Source: an uncultured Rhodocyclaceae bacterium
GTDB taxonomy: Bacteria; Pseudomonadota; Gammaproteobacteria; Burkholderiales; Rhodocyclaceae
DNA length: 35,656 nt
Direction: 5' to 3'
Assembly (NCBI GenBank): GCA_964578025.1
Contig: CAZOBT010000001.1
Location: forward strand, 1 to 35,656
In this document: positions 9,084 to 18,058 of the stretch, in pieces
Position numbering within the stretch: the first letter of the stretch is position 1
Layout of the letters: each line of letters opens with the position of its first letter
The notes under the pieces: generated by a model
Told to the model about the DNA's origin: nothing
The model's input: the letters and a program-made list of their open reading frames with translations, nothing else
Databases searched by the model: none
Translations under genes and position numbers: made by a program

Positions 9084-9954
9084 GCAACTTTGCAGATCAG
9101 GGCGTATGTTGGTGTTACAACAAGGTTTCACTCTTGTTGAGCTAATTGTCACGATGGCGATTTTGGCGGTAGTCGCGGCAATTGTCGTGCAGCCCTTATC
9201 ACAGCCGTTTAAGAACTTCATGGAAATTACGCGGCGGGCGGAATTAAGTGATGCCGCAAACAGTACCTTGCGCCGTCTTGAGCGTGATGTGCATGAAGCC
9301 TTACCGAATAGTCTGCGGCAGCCAAGTAGTACCTGTTTGGAATATTTGCCGATTATTGCCGGGGGGCGGTATCGCGCCAATTTAAGCAGCAGGAATAGCG
9401 GTGATATTCTGGATTTTACGGGTGTGGATAATCGCTTTGATGTGCTTACTGGTTTTGGCCTCAGTGGATTACCCAATGGGGCGCACTTGGTGATTTATAA
9501 CCTAGGCATTCGTGGCGCAAATGCTTATGATCTTGATAACACGGCCTTTATTGCCACTGGGGCAAGCAATGCCAGCTCAGTGACCTTGATGCAAAGTAAA
9601 TTATTTCCATTTGCTTCGCCGGGGCAACGTTTTCAGGTTATCCCGAATGAGTCAAGGGTTTATGCCTGTGTTAACCTTGGACAGGATGCGGAAGGAAACG
9701 GCACTGGCTTATTAGTACGTTATCCCCGGAGCTTAGGGAATAGCGCGTTACCTGCCTTAAACAATTGCCCGGTGAGTACCTCAGAATTGCCCAGTGGCTA
9801 TATCACCCTTGGGCAAAGTTTAAGTCAATGCACCATTAACTATGGCACAGGGGTATATCAGCGCGATGCGGTACTCCAAGTGAATTTGGGTTTAAGTAAG
9901 CAAGAAACCGCGATTCAACTTAGGCATGAAGCACATATTGAAAATGTTCCATAA
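9076..9954 (+). CDS. mshO: MSHA biogenesis prepilin-like protein MshO-like
   Basis: 292 aa. Prepilin motif QQG/FTLVELIVTMAILAVV. The start overlaps the upstream stop. Order D-O-P-Q matches Vibrio MSHA loci. Confidence 0.6.
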   Translation: MSKQLCRSGRMLVLQQGFTLVELIVTMAILAVVAAIVVQPLSQPFKNFMEITRRAELSDAANSTLRRLERDVHEALPNSLRQPSSTCLEYLPIIAGGRYRANLSSRNSGDILDFTGVDNRFDVLTGFGLSGLPNGAHLVIYNLGIRGANAYDLDNTAFIATGASNASSVTLMQSKLFPFASPGQRFQVIPNESRVYACVNLGQDAEGNGTGLLVRYPRSLGNSALPALNNCPVSTSELPSGYITLGQSLSQCTINYGTGVYQRDAVLQVNLGLSKQETAIQLRHEAHIENVP

Positions 9955-10408
9955 CTTGCTTTTATCCCCCTATCGCCAACATGCAGGCTTTGCGTTACCT
10001 GCGGCGGTTTTCGTGTTGGTTATTCTGTCCGGTTTGGCGGCGTTTGCAGCTTCTTTAGCCTCGTTTCAACACAGTGGCTCAAGTCTTGAAGTGGTGGGGC
10101 AACGGGTTTATCACGCGGCACGTTCTGGGCTGGAGTGGGGGATGTATCAGGTACTTACTGCCCCCAGCAGTGCCTGTAATGCCACCGGAACAGATTTAGT
10201 GTTTGCGACAGATTCGCTACAAGGGATAAAGATCAGTGTGCGTTGCCAAGCGTTGAATGTCGATGAGTTAGATGCCGGGCAATTAGTTGAAATTACGGCG
10301 ACCGCCTGTAATGCCCCGCTTAGCACCTCCCCTGCGTGTCCCGGTAATGCGGCCAATAACAATAACTATGTCGAGCGGAAAATGTCCGCCGTGGTGGAAA
10401 AACCCTAG
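9926..10408 (+). CDS. mshP: MSHA biogenesis protein MshP-like
   Basis: 160 aa. N-terminal hydrophobic helix AGFALPAAVFVLVILSGLAAF (degenerate pilin-like). Alternative start ATG 9944. Assigned by position. Confidence 0.5.
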   Translation: MKHILKMFHNLLLSPYRQHAGFALPAAVFVLVILSGLAAFAASLASFQHSGSSLEVVGQRVYHAARSGLEWGMYQVLTAPSSACNATGTDLVFATDSLQGIKISVRCQALNVDELDAGQLVEITATACNAPLSTSPACPGNAANNNNYVERKMSAVVEKP

Positions 10409-10518
10409 CCAGGCTAATTTAATAATAGTTGGTCTATTGTTTATCACCCCATATTTAATGTGATTTTTTGGCTGATTTTTAATTTGGTCTTGTGTTTTGT
10501 GCCTGTTAGGAATTAACC

Positions 10519-12357
10519 ATGCGCCCCCATTTATTTTCTGTTGCAACCTTGCCTCTTGCCTTGGTGTGGGTTATCAGTTTGGCCTTGCCCAATGTGGCGA
10601 TTGCCGCCTTAGGGCGGCTCAATGCTTTTGAGCTAGATGCGTCTGGTACGGCGATTACGGGAAATTTATATACACGGGTAGTGGGGCAAACGCTGCAAAT
10701 TAGCGTAGTAGCACTTAGTCCTTCGAAGCGCGATGTGGATACTGGGACAACTGGCTCAGTCAAAGTGGAACTGCTGGGTGGGCAAGATTTATCGGGCAAC
10801 TTAGATACCAACAATTGCCCGAGCAGTGCCATTGTGGTGACGAGCGCGACGGGGACACTGACCGCCGGGCGGGGTTCAGCGCAACTAAATGTGGGGAATC
10901 AGCCGTTTCTTCATGCGCGTTTACGGTTGTCGTTTCCGGCAACAGGTACGCCAACGTTACAAGCCTGTGCCGAAGATGGCTTTGCGATTCGCCCCAGTGC
11001 CATTACCTTGCGCAGCACCACCAGCACAGGAAGCGCGACCAATACCAACGCTAGTGCTTCCGCAACACCAACGATTAAGGCGGGCAGCAATTTTTCTTTC
11101 AACTTGGAAAGCAATACCACAGGCTATAACGCCACTTTATGGCTAGATCGCTCGCGCTTACAGGCTCACTCGCCCACTGATCCCAGCCAAAATAGCGGTG
11201 GGGTCTTGGGAAATCTGGTGCTAAGCAATGGCGATGGTTTAGCGGTAAATGCCAACCTCAGCAATAACGCGACCTATGACGAAGTCGGCTATCTCAGCTT
11301 TTTGCCGGGCGCATGGCGTGATGATACTTACACCAGTATCGACCAGCCAAATGATTGTGTGCCACAACAAGCCCATGATGTTCCTGATAGTTCGGGTCGC
11401 GTAGGGTGTGCGGTTGGCAATGCCACCAACTATGTCCTTGGACGATTTACGCCCAGCTATTTTGTGATCGTTACCGCTCCGGTGCAGCCTGCTTGTACCA
11501 ATATGACCTACTATGGGCAAACTGGTTTGCAAACGGTGCTGGGTATTTTGGCAAAAGCCAGTAACGACATCATTACCAAGAATTATCAAGGGCAGTTGGC
11601 GCGGCTTGATCCCAACAATCGCAGTCAGTGGCAATTTACGGCGGACAATTTGCCCAGTGGCGTTACCCTCAGTGCTGGGGCAGCGGTGAACACGGGAACT
11701 TGGACGGATGGCAAGATCAATATCTTTCGTGCGGCGCATACGTTTTCTCGCCCAAGTGCGCCAATTGCCCCAGCTGACATTGTGATTAAAGCCCTACCGG
11801 TAGATGCTGATGGGGTAACGTTGGTAAATGGCACGGCTGTACGAGTGCATAACGAAGAAAGTACGCCATTACGCTATGGGCGTTTGCGTCTAATGAATGC
11901 GCATGGTTCAGAGCTGTTACCTTTACCCATGCTCATGAAGACGGAAATGTGGACGGGATCGGCATGGCGTACCAATGTGCAAGACAACTGCACTGGCACA
12001 AGTTTAACGATTCCTAGCAATAAGCCCCGGACACAAACGCCGAATGGTTTGCCCGGTTTATGGTTTAGTGGGGAAGAGGCCAGCATTGCCAATTACCTTG
12101 CGCCCAACGAAACATTTTTAAGCGTTGATTCTTGGGCTAATGGGGCAGGTCGGCTGCGTTTTTCTGCGCCGGGGAATGGCAACATGGGCTGGTTGGATGT
12201 GCTGCTACCTGTTCCCGATCACCTCAAAGGTTTCTGGGGCAATTGCCTTGGGCAAGCGGGGGGCAGTGCCAGTAACTTGAGTAATTACCCTTGTGCGCGT
12301 GCCACTTTTGGCGTTTACTCTTCTGGTAAAGTCGTTTTTCGGCGTGAGATTTACTGA
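10519..12357 (+). CDS. mshQ: Secreted MSHA-associated protein MshQ-like
   Basis: 612 aa with signal peptide MRPHLFSVATLPLALVWVISLALPNVAIA and a beta-rich Thr/Ser/Asn-rich body. It is the last large gene of the cluster. The call rests mainly on position. Confidence 0.45.
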   Translation: MRPHLFSVATLPLALVWVISLALPNVAIAALGRLNAFELDASGTAITGNLYTRVVGQTLQISVVALSPSKRDVDTGTTGSVKVELLGGQDLSGNLDTNNCPSSAIVVTSATGTLTAGRGSAQLNVGNQPFLHARLRLSFPATGTPTLQACAEDGFAIRPSAITLRSTTSTGSATNTNASASATPTIKAGSNFSFNLESNTTGYNATLWLDRSRLQAHSPTDPSQNSGGVLGNLVLSNGDGLAVNANLSNNATYDEVGYLSFLPGAWRDDTYTSIDQPNDCVPQQAHDVPDSSGRVGCAVGNATNYVLGRFTPSYFVIVTAPVQPACTNMTYYGQTGLQTVLGILAKASNDIITKNYQGQLARLDPNNRSQWQFTADNLPSGVTLSAGAAVNTGTWTDGKINIFRAAHTFSRPSAPIAPADIVIKALPVDADGVTLVNGTAVRVHNEESTPLRYGRLRLMNAHGSELLPLPMLMKTEMWTGSAWRTNVQDNCTGTSLTIPSNKPRTQTPNGLPGLWFSGEEASIANYLAPNETFLSVDSWANGAGRLRFSAPGNGNMGWLDVLLPVPDHLKGFWGNCLGQAGGSASNLSNYPCARATFGVYSSGKVVFRREIY

Positions 12358-12394
12358 GCAGAATTGACTAAGTACACAGAAGAGAGGAAATAGG

Positions 12395-12871
12395 ATGCAA
12401 GAAGATGTGCTCGCCCTCGACAAATTTAGCCATACCTTAGAATGGCTATTGGCATTACAAGGGCGTTATCCCAATTTAATCCAATTTGGGATTATTCATG
12501 TTGAATTTCATAATCGTCAGCGTTTAGGGCAGCTTTATGGGGCAAAAGATGCGATGGCAATGCTGACAAAATTAACCAGTGATCTGCGCCAAAAATTTCG
12601 TAAAACGGATTTGGTCGCCCGTTTGGGGATGGATTTCTGGATTCTTGTGCCGTATACCGAACCGGACACCGTCACGGAAAAAGTCCACACCCTTGTGGAG
12701 TTGGCCTCACAAGCCGGGTTAGGGGTGGTCTCTCGTGATGTGGCTGTGTTTTCGCACCAAGACCCGGTGTTACAAGAGGCAAGCTGTTGTGCAACACCAG
12801 AGTCTTTCTTGCTTTACTTAAAGCGTAATCACAATATCAATCGGCATTGGCAACCGAGTCCAATGCTGTGA
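12395..12871 (+). CDS. Stand-alone degenerate GGDEF-domain protein (GMD-F in place of GGDEF, RxxD I-site retained)
   Basis: 158 aa. The stretch FRKTDLVARLGMDFWILVPYT aligns with the canonical RxxD-x5-GG(D/E)EF-xxxxP block. YGAKDAMAMLTKL matches the GGDEF YGHxxGDxxL region. RBS GAGAGGAAA precedes the ATG. It lies only 37 nt after mshQ on the same strand. Confidence 0.7.
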   Translation: MQEDVLALDKFSHTLEWLLALQGRYPNLIQFGIIHVEFHNRQRLGQLYGAKDAMAMLTKLTSDLRQKFRKTDLVARLGMDFWILVPYTEPDTVTEKVHTLVELASQAGLGVVSRDVAVFSHQDPVLQEASCCATPESFLLYLKRNHNINRHWQPSPML

Positions 12872-12892
12872 GTGTGAGCGAAATAGGGCTAA

Positions 12893-13459
12893 CTAGCCGC
12901 TCTCCCCATACCCAATTTGCCGTAATAAGGCCGCGCTATGTTGTTGGATAGCAGTGGTTGAGCTGTTTGTTGGTAAGGCTGTTTGGGCAACTAAGGTACT
13001 TAATTCTTGCTCGGATAGTTTGGGTAATGGGCGAGCAAAATATTGCATAGCGGCTTGGGCAAAGCCTTGGCTTGCCTCCACGTTTTCGTTATTACCTTGG
13101 GCAAATGTTGTCTCAGTTAACACCACAGCGATTTGCTCAGTTTCAGAGAGGTGTAAAAGCACTAAGAAAGACCACAAAAAAGCCCGCCAAGCCGACACCT
13201 CATTATTGTTAGCCGGAGCTTGTTGCAGCAGTAAACGAGCCACTTGCTCAGGGAGGCGGCTATTGGGGTAAGCCGCTTTAATCAGCTTTGGCACGGTCGC
13301 AGGTAATTGCATGTGCAACTCTTCGGCGGTTTCCCAGTTTTTCCGTAATTCTGCCCAACGTGGTTGAAAAAATAATAGATCATCGCCAAGCAAACAGAGT
13401 ACTGGGAACGCAATTGCCAGTGTGCTACAGAAGATCAGCGTTTTGATAAAGCGGTACAT
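12893..13459 (-). CDS. Membrane-anchored protein with a degenerate GT51 (peptidoglycan transglycosylase)-like region
   Basis: The ORF is open to TTG 13501; ATG 13459 (MYRFIKTLIF...) is preferred. N-terminal TM helix. The C-terminal part (AQAAMQYFARPLPKLSEQELSTLVAQTALP) resembles the YF-x-K-x-LT-x-EAA-LA-P block of MtgA/PBP glycosyltransferases. The catalytic ED...F and RGxST motifs were not seen. Confidence 0.45.
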   Translation of the reverse strand: MYRFIKTLIFCSTLAIAFPVLCLLGDDLLFFQPRWAELRKNWETAEELHMQLPATVPKLIKAAYPNSRLPEQVARLLLQQAPANNNEVSAWRAFLWSFLVLLHLSETEQIAVVLTETTFAQGNNENVEASQGFAQAAMQYFARPLPKLSEQELSTLVAQTALPTNSSTTAIQQHSAALLRQIGYGESG

Positions 13460-13669
13460 CGTGGGCAGTCGTTTCGCATCGAAGAAAAATGAAGTTGGCA
13501 AGAAATGCTAATTCTGTCAAAAGTGATTCTAACTGATACTGGACAAACTGTTGCGAATTCCTGCGATTTGCCCGTATTGCAGCGAATCTGCCCACTAATT
13601 TTCTTGTCCCGTACAATCACGCCATTTACTGCGCAACAAACCACACAATAAACAAGATCAGGTACATCC

Positions 13670-15022
13670 ATGTCCGAGATACCGTCCTACACCGCCGCCA
13701 ACGCTTCCTGTCATACGCCGTATGCCGTGCGCCGCCGCCGTTTACTGGCGCAGCTTGCCGCCCTTGGTGATGGCGTGGCGATTTTGCCTACCGCTCCAGA
13801 AGTGATTCGTAATCGTGATGCGCATTTCCCTTATCGCTTTGACAGTGATTTCTTTTATCTGACGGGCTTTGCTGAACCGGAAGCCGTCTTAGTTTTGGTC
13901 GCTGATAGTCGTACTAAGACGCAACAAAGCATTCTGTTTTGCCGCGAAAAGCATGAAGAGCGCGAGATTTGGGATGGTTTCCGGTATGGCCCAGCAGCGG
14001 CGTGTGCTGATTTTGCATTTGATGCGGCTTACCCAATCGCTGAATTGGCGCAACGTTTGCCAGAGTTAATCGCTAATCACGATACCTTGTGGCATTCCCT
14101 TGGCTACAACAGCGAGTGGGATCAGCAGATCATTCTGGCCTTAACTACCGTGCGTAGCCAAGCCCGTGCGGGGAAAAAAGCTCCAAGCATGGTGCGTGAT
14201 TTGCAATCACTGATTCATGCCATGCGTTTGCTCAAAGACACACACGAAATTGCCCTGATGCGTGAAGCAGCGCGGATTAGCAGCTTGGGGCATTTACGTG
14301 CGATGCAAACATGCCGCCCTGGCATGGGCGAATATGCCTTAGAAGCCGAATTAAGCTATGTCTTTCGCCAACACGGGGCAGAAGCCCATGCTTATACGCC
14401 GATTGTGGCGGGGGGAGCGAATGCGTGTACCTTGCATTACGTGGCAAACAATCAGCCCTTACCGCCCGATGGCTTGGTGTTGATTGATGCAGGGTGTGAA
14501 TATCATGGCTATGCCGCAGACATTACACGCACCTTCCCCATCAATGGCAAATTCACGGCGGCACAAAAAGATTGCTATGAAATTGTCTTGGCGGCACAGC
14601 AAGCGGCGATTGCCGCAACGCGTCCGGGGCAAGCATTTATGGCTCCGCATGAGGCGGCGGTGAAGGTGTTGGCACAAGGGATGTTGGATTTGGGCTTGTT
14701 ACACGGTTCGCTGGATGGCGTATTAGAAAGCGAAAGCTATAAGCGTTTTTACATGCACCGCACCGGACATTGGCTGGGCATGGATGTGCATGATGTGGGG
14801 GAATACAAACAAGGGGAAGCGTGGATGCCGTTACAACCCGGCATGGTGTTAACCATTGAACCCGGCCTGTACATCCGTCCCGCCGCCGACATTCCGCCGC
14901 ACCTCGCGGGCATTGGCATTCGTATTGAAGATGATGCCCTTGTTACCACTGACGGCTGTGACATTTACACCACTGCCCCCAAAACCGTGACCGAGATTGA
15001 AGAGGTGATGCGCCATGATTGA
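13670..15022 (+). CDS. pepP: Xaa-Pro aminopeptidase (M24B)
   Basis: 450 aa. Motifs LIDAGCEYHGYAADITRT, HRTGHWLGMDVHD, TIEPGLY and GIRIEDD. It is followed by ubiH, as in enterobacterial pepP-ubiH synteny. Confidence 0.92.
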   Translation: MSEIPSYTAANASCHTPYAVRRRRLLAQLAALGDGVAILPTAPEVIRNRDAHFPYRFDSDFFYLTGFAEPEAVLVLVADSRTKTQQSILFCREKHEEREIWDGFRYGPAAACADFAFDAAYPIAELAQRLPELIANHDTLWHSLGYNSEWDQQIILALTTVRSQARAGKKAPSMVRDLQSLIHAMRLLKDTHEIALMREAARISSLGHLRAMQTCRPGMGEYALEAELSYVFRQHGAEAHAYTPIVAGGANACTLHYVANNQPLPPDGLVLIDAGCEYHGYAADITRTFPINGKFTAAQKDCYEIVLAAQQAAIAATRPGQAFMAPHEAAVKVLAQGMLDLGLLHGSLDGVLESESYKRFYMHRTGHWLGMDVHDVGEYKQGEAWMPLQPGMVLTIEPGLYIRPAADIPPHLAGIGIRIEDDALVTTDGCDIYTTAPKTVTEIEEVMRHD

Positions 15023-16277
15023 AAGTGCGGAACAACACACTGACCTTGCGATTATCGGCAGTGGCCCGGTGGGTTTAACCTTGGCTCTCGCTTTATACGA
15101 TAGCCCGTACCACCTGAGCCTGATCGACCGTCGTCCTGCCAATGCTTGGGAAAATGATCCCCGCGCCTTGGCCTTGTCCTATGGCGCACGGCAAGTATTG
15201 CAACAACTCGGTGCATGGCCAGAGGCCGAAGCCACGCCGATTCATAACATTCATATTTCACAACGGCAGGGCTTTGGGCGCAGCGAACTGGATCGCGACA
15301 CCTACCAACTGCCCGCCCTCGGTTATGTTGTGCCTTATCCCGCCTTAATGCGGGCGTTAACGGCGGCCTTGGCGCGGAAAGAAGCCGCCGCAACGGCACA
15401 GACTCCGCGTCTGCACTATTGTTATGACTACCAAATTACGCAGCAAGATAATCAGGTCAATCAGGCCGATCAGATCACTGTGCATTTGCAAGCTAACAAC
15501 GGGGGTAACGAGTTACGCCTGTTGGCAAAAATCGTGGTACATGCCGAAGGTACACCCTACGACGATCCGCAGGTCGACGTGAGTGACTATGGGCAATGGG
15601 CGGTCGTTACTGAGGTTGGCCTTGCTCCCTATGCCTTGCAACGACTTGGACAAGCCAACGTCCAAACCTCGCGGCAAATTCCGCATGGCTACCGCGCATG
15701 GGAACGTTTCACCCCCGATGGCCCCTTGGCCTTATTGCCCCTAAAAGACGGTTATTCCGTGGTGTTCACCCTACCGCCTGAAAAAGCCAAAGCGGTTTTG
15801 GCCTTAAACGATGTCGATTTTCTCGCGGCCTTACAACAGCAATTTGGCAGCCGTTTGCGCTTTACCCGCACCGCCGCCCGGCACGCTTTCCCCTTGGCCT
15901 TACGTTGGCGCAAGCAATTAACCAATAAGCAAAATGGGCGTGAAGTCTGGATTGGCAATACGGCACAAACGCTGCATCCGGTGTCAGGGCAAGGCTTTAA
16001 CCTCGGTTTGCGTGACGCATGGGAACTCGCCGAAGCGGTGTGGAACAGCCCTAGCCCCGCTGATTTACCCAAGGCTTTGCAAACCTATGCCAAGGGGCGT
16101 TGCGTTGACCGCCAAGGCAGTGCCTTATTTACCGATAAAGTCGTGCGTTTGTTTTCTAACGATTCTCCCCTACTGCATCATGCCCGTGGCCTCGGCCTCT
16201 TCGCCCTCGACCTCATCCCGCCCGCCCGCCACCTCGTGGCTAAACGCATGATCTGGGGAGCGCGGGCATGGCCTTAA
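15015..16277 (+). CDS. ubiH: FAD-dependent ubiquinone biosynthesis hydroxylase (UbiH/UbiF/VisC family)
   Basis: 420 aa. FAD fingerprint DLAIIGSGPVGLTLALAL and GNTAQTLHPVSGQGFNLGLRD. It overlaps the pepP stop by 8 nt. Confidence 0.85.
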   Translation: MIESAEQHTDLAIIGSGPVGLTLALALYDSPYHLSLIDRRPANAWENDPRALALSYGARQVLQQLGAWPEAEATPIHNIHISQRQGFGRSELDRDTYQLPALGYVVPYPALMRALTAALARKEAAATAQTPRLHYCYDYQITQQDNQVNQADQITVHLQANNGGNELRLLAKIVVHAEGTPYDDPQVDVSDYGQWAVVTEVGLAPYALQRLGQANVQTSRQIPHGYRAWERFTPDGPLALLPLKDGYSVVFTLPPEKAKAVLALNDVDFLAALQQQFGSRLRFTRTAARHAFPLALRWRKQLTNKQNGREVWIGNTAQTLHPVSGQGFNLGLRDAWELAEAVWNSPSPADLPKALQTYAKGRCVDRQGSALFTDKVVRLFSNDSPLLHHARGLGLFALDLIPPARHLVAKRMIWGARAWP

Positions 16278-16651
16278 TTGCGGGTAATTTTCAGACCAAA
16301 TAAATAATCGGCTTGTTAGGTATATTTAATAGGGCAATTTGTTGCAAAGACCAAATCTAACGTAGCGATTTCGGATGCTCCTCCAGCGTCGTAGCTTCGG
16401 CGGCTGTTTGGCGTTTATGCCTTAATTTTTAGGCAGAAGGCTGTCTGGAGGAGTTATTGCCACAACAAAAACACATAAAATAACAAAAATAACTTTTATG
16501 TCAGAAATGGTTTTCGTGTATTCTTGTGCCACAGTGTAATTTTCAATAACTCCTTGTAAATTTATTCCTTTTTGTGGGCTAAGGAATAAAAAGCGAGATT
16601 TCACACATAATACAATTCAGCCCAATTTAGATTCTCTGAAAGTTAGCTGCT

Positions 16652-17995
16652 GTGAAACCCAATTCTTTTGCCTTTTGCTGCATTAGTCTGAGCTTTTCTC
16701 TGCTTACTTCATTTGGCTGGGCGCAGGTGAATGAAGACGCAAATGAGCGTTTTTTTGATGGAGCACGGCAATACACCGTCCAAGTGCGTGCCTCTGTTCC
16801 CCGCCCGTTTGAGCCTGATTCGCGGGGTACATATCGTGGGGCAGGCTTTGTGATTGATAGCAAACGCGGTTGGGTGTTGACCAATGCACATGTGGTGGCA
16901 CGTTCACCCTCGCGGGTAGAAGTAGCGGCGTATGGGCAAGCCTATGTTCCCGCCAAGAAACTGTATGTTGATCCACACCTTGATCTCGCGGTGTTGGAGC
17001 TCCCTGCCGATGCCCCCCGCCCAACGACGCAAGCCCAGTTAGATTGCGGTGAGCTGCCCAAAACCGGCCACCCTGTTGGAGCCTTTGGGCATCCGTGGAA
17101 TCTCAGCTTTACTGGAACGAAAGGCATTATTTCTGGAGTCACTGTGCTACAAGGCACAGAAATGCTGCAAACCGATGCGCCGATCAATGGCGGGAACTCT
17201 GGTGGCCCCTTGTTAAGTTTGCGTACTGGCAAAATTGTGGGCATTAACACCGCGCAAATTCGTGGCTCACAAAACACCAATTTTGCGGTTGGCATGAAAT
17301 ATGCCTGCCGTGTAGTCGAGCTGTTAAAGGCAAATAAAGATCCGTCGCCGCCAAATTTGCAAGTGGCGTGGTATCAAGATGTGGATAACGAAAAGACCCT
17401 GCGTATTGCTAAGTATTACGGCAATAAGGAAGGCATTGTTTTCCAAAATGGCGATACCGTCATTGGCCTCCCCGGGGCAAGTAAAGCGGTTGAAAACGAA
17501 ACTCAGCTTTACCATGAACTACGAGGGTGGCAGGGGAATTTGCATTTACAAGTACGCCGTGATGGTCATCTCATAACCCTGAGTGGCAAAACACAACCCT
17601 ATAGCGCGATTGTGCAAAGTCGCGGTTTAGTCGCGGGGGGCGTGTTGTTTGGCAAAAACCCATTGCGTGATGCTGAAGAAATTCATGCTTCCGGTTTGAT
17701 GGTACATAGCGTCGAAATTGGCTCGGATGGCGAGGCGAAAGAGCTGCAACGGGGCGATTTCCTGCAATACGTCAACGGACGACCGGTGCGCACTTTAGAA
17801 GCCTTGTATGAACAATTGAAAGAAGCGAAAGGCTCAGTCAGTATCGCGATTAAACGCATGGGTAATAGTGATCGTGCTTTTGTCTATATTGAGCGTAAGT
17901 TGGATGTGCATAAGCTGGAATGGGTAGACGAATACAGCCTGCCACAGAGCGATGGTTCAACTGAAAACGTACTGCAAAATCAGAGTAAAAAATAA
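16652..17995 (+). CDS. Secreted trypsin-like serine protease (S1C) with C-terminal PDZ-like region
   Basis: 447 aa with a GTG start and a signal peptide. Catalytic triad contexts TNAHVV, DLAVLEL and GNSGGPL. Confidence 0.8.
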   Translation: MKPNSFAFCCISLSFSLLTSFGWAQVNEDANERFFDGARQYTVQVRASVPRPFEPDSRGTYRGAGFVIDSKRGWVLTNAHVVARSPSRVEVAAYGQAYVPAKKLYVDPHLDLAVLELPADAPRPTTQAQLDCGELPKTGHPVGAFGHPWNLSFTGTKGIISGVTVLQGTEMLQTDAPINGGNSGGPLLSLRTGKIVGINTAQIRGSQNTNFAVGMKYACRVVELLKANKDPSPPNLQVAWYQDVDNEKTLRIAKYYGNKEGIVFQNGDTVIGLPGASKAVENETQLYHELRGWQGNLHLQVRRDGHLITLSGKTQPYSAIVQSRGLVAGGVLFGKNPLRDAEEIHASGLMVHSVEIGSDGEAKELQRGDFLQYVNGRPVRTLEALYEQLKEAKGSVSIAIKRMGNSDRAFVYIERKLDVHKLEWVDEYSLPQSDGSTENVLQNQSKK

Positions 17996-18058
17996 AGTTG
18001 TAATCTGGGTGGCTAGGCAGGCTAAACTTTAGGTTTTCTTTGTTTATTCCTGTTTGTC

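Noticed and set aside
16422-16604. 60-aa minus-strand ORF in the ubiH-protease gap
   Set aside because: The region is AT-rich, no Shine-Dalgarno was seen, and the sequence has no protein-like features. The region is better treated as noncoding and structured.
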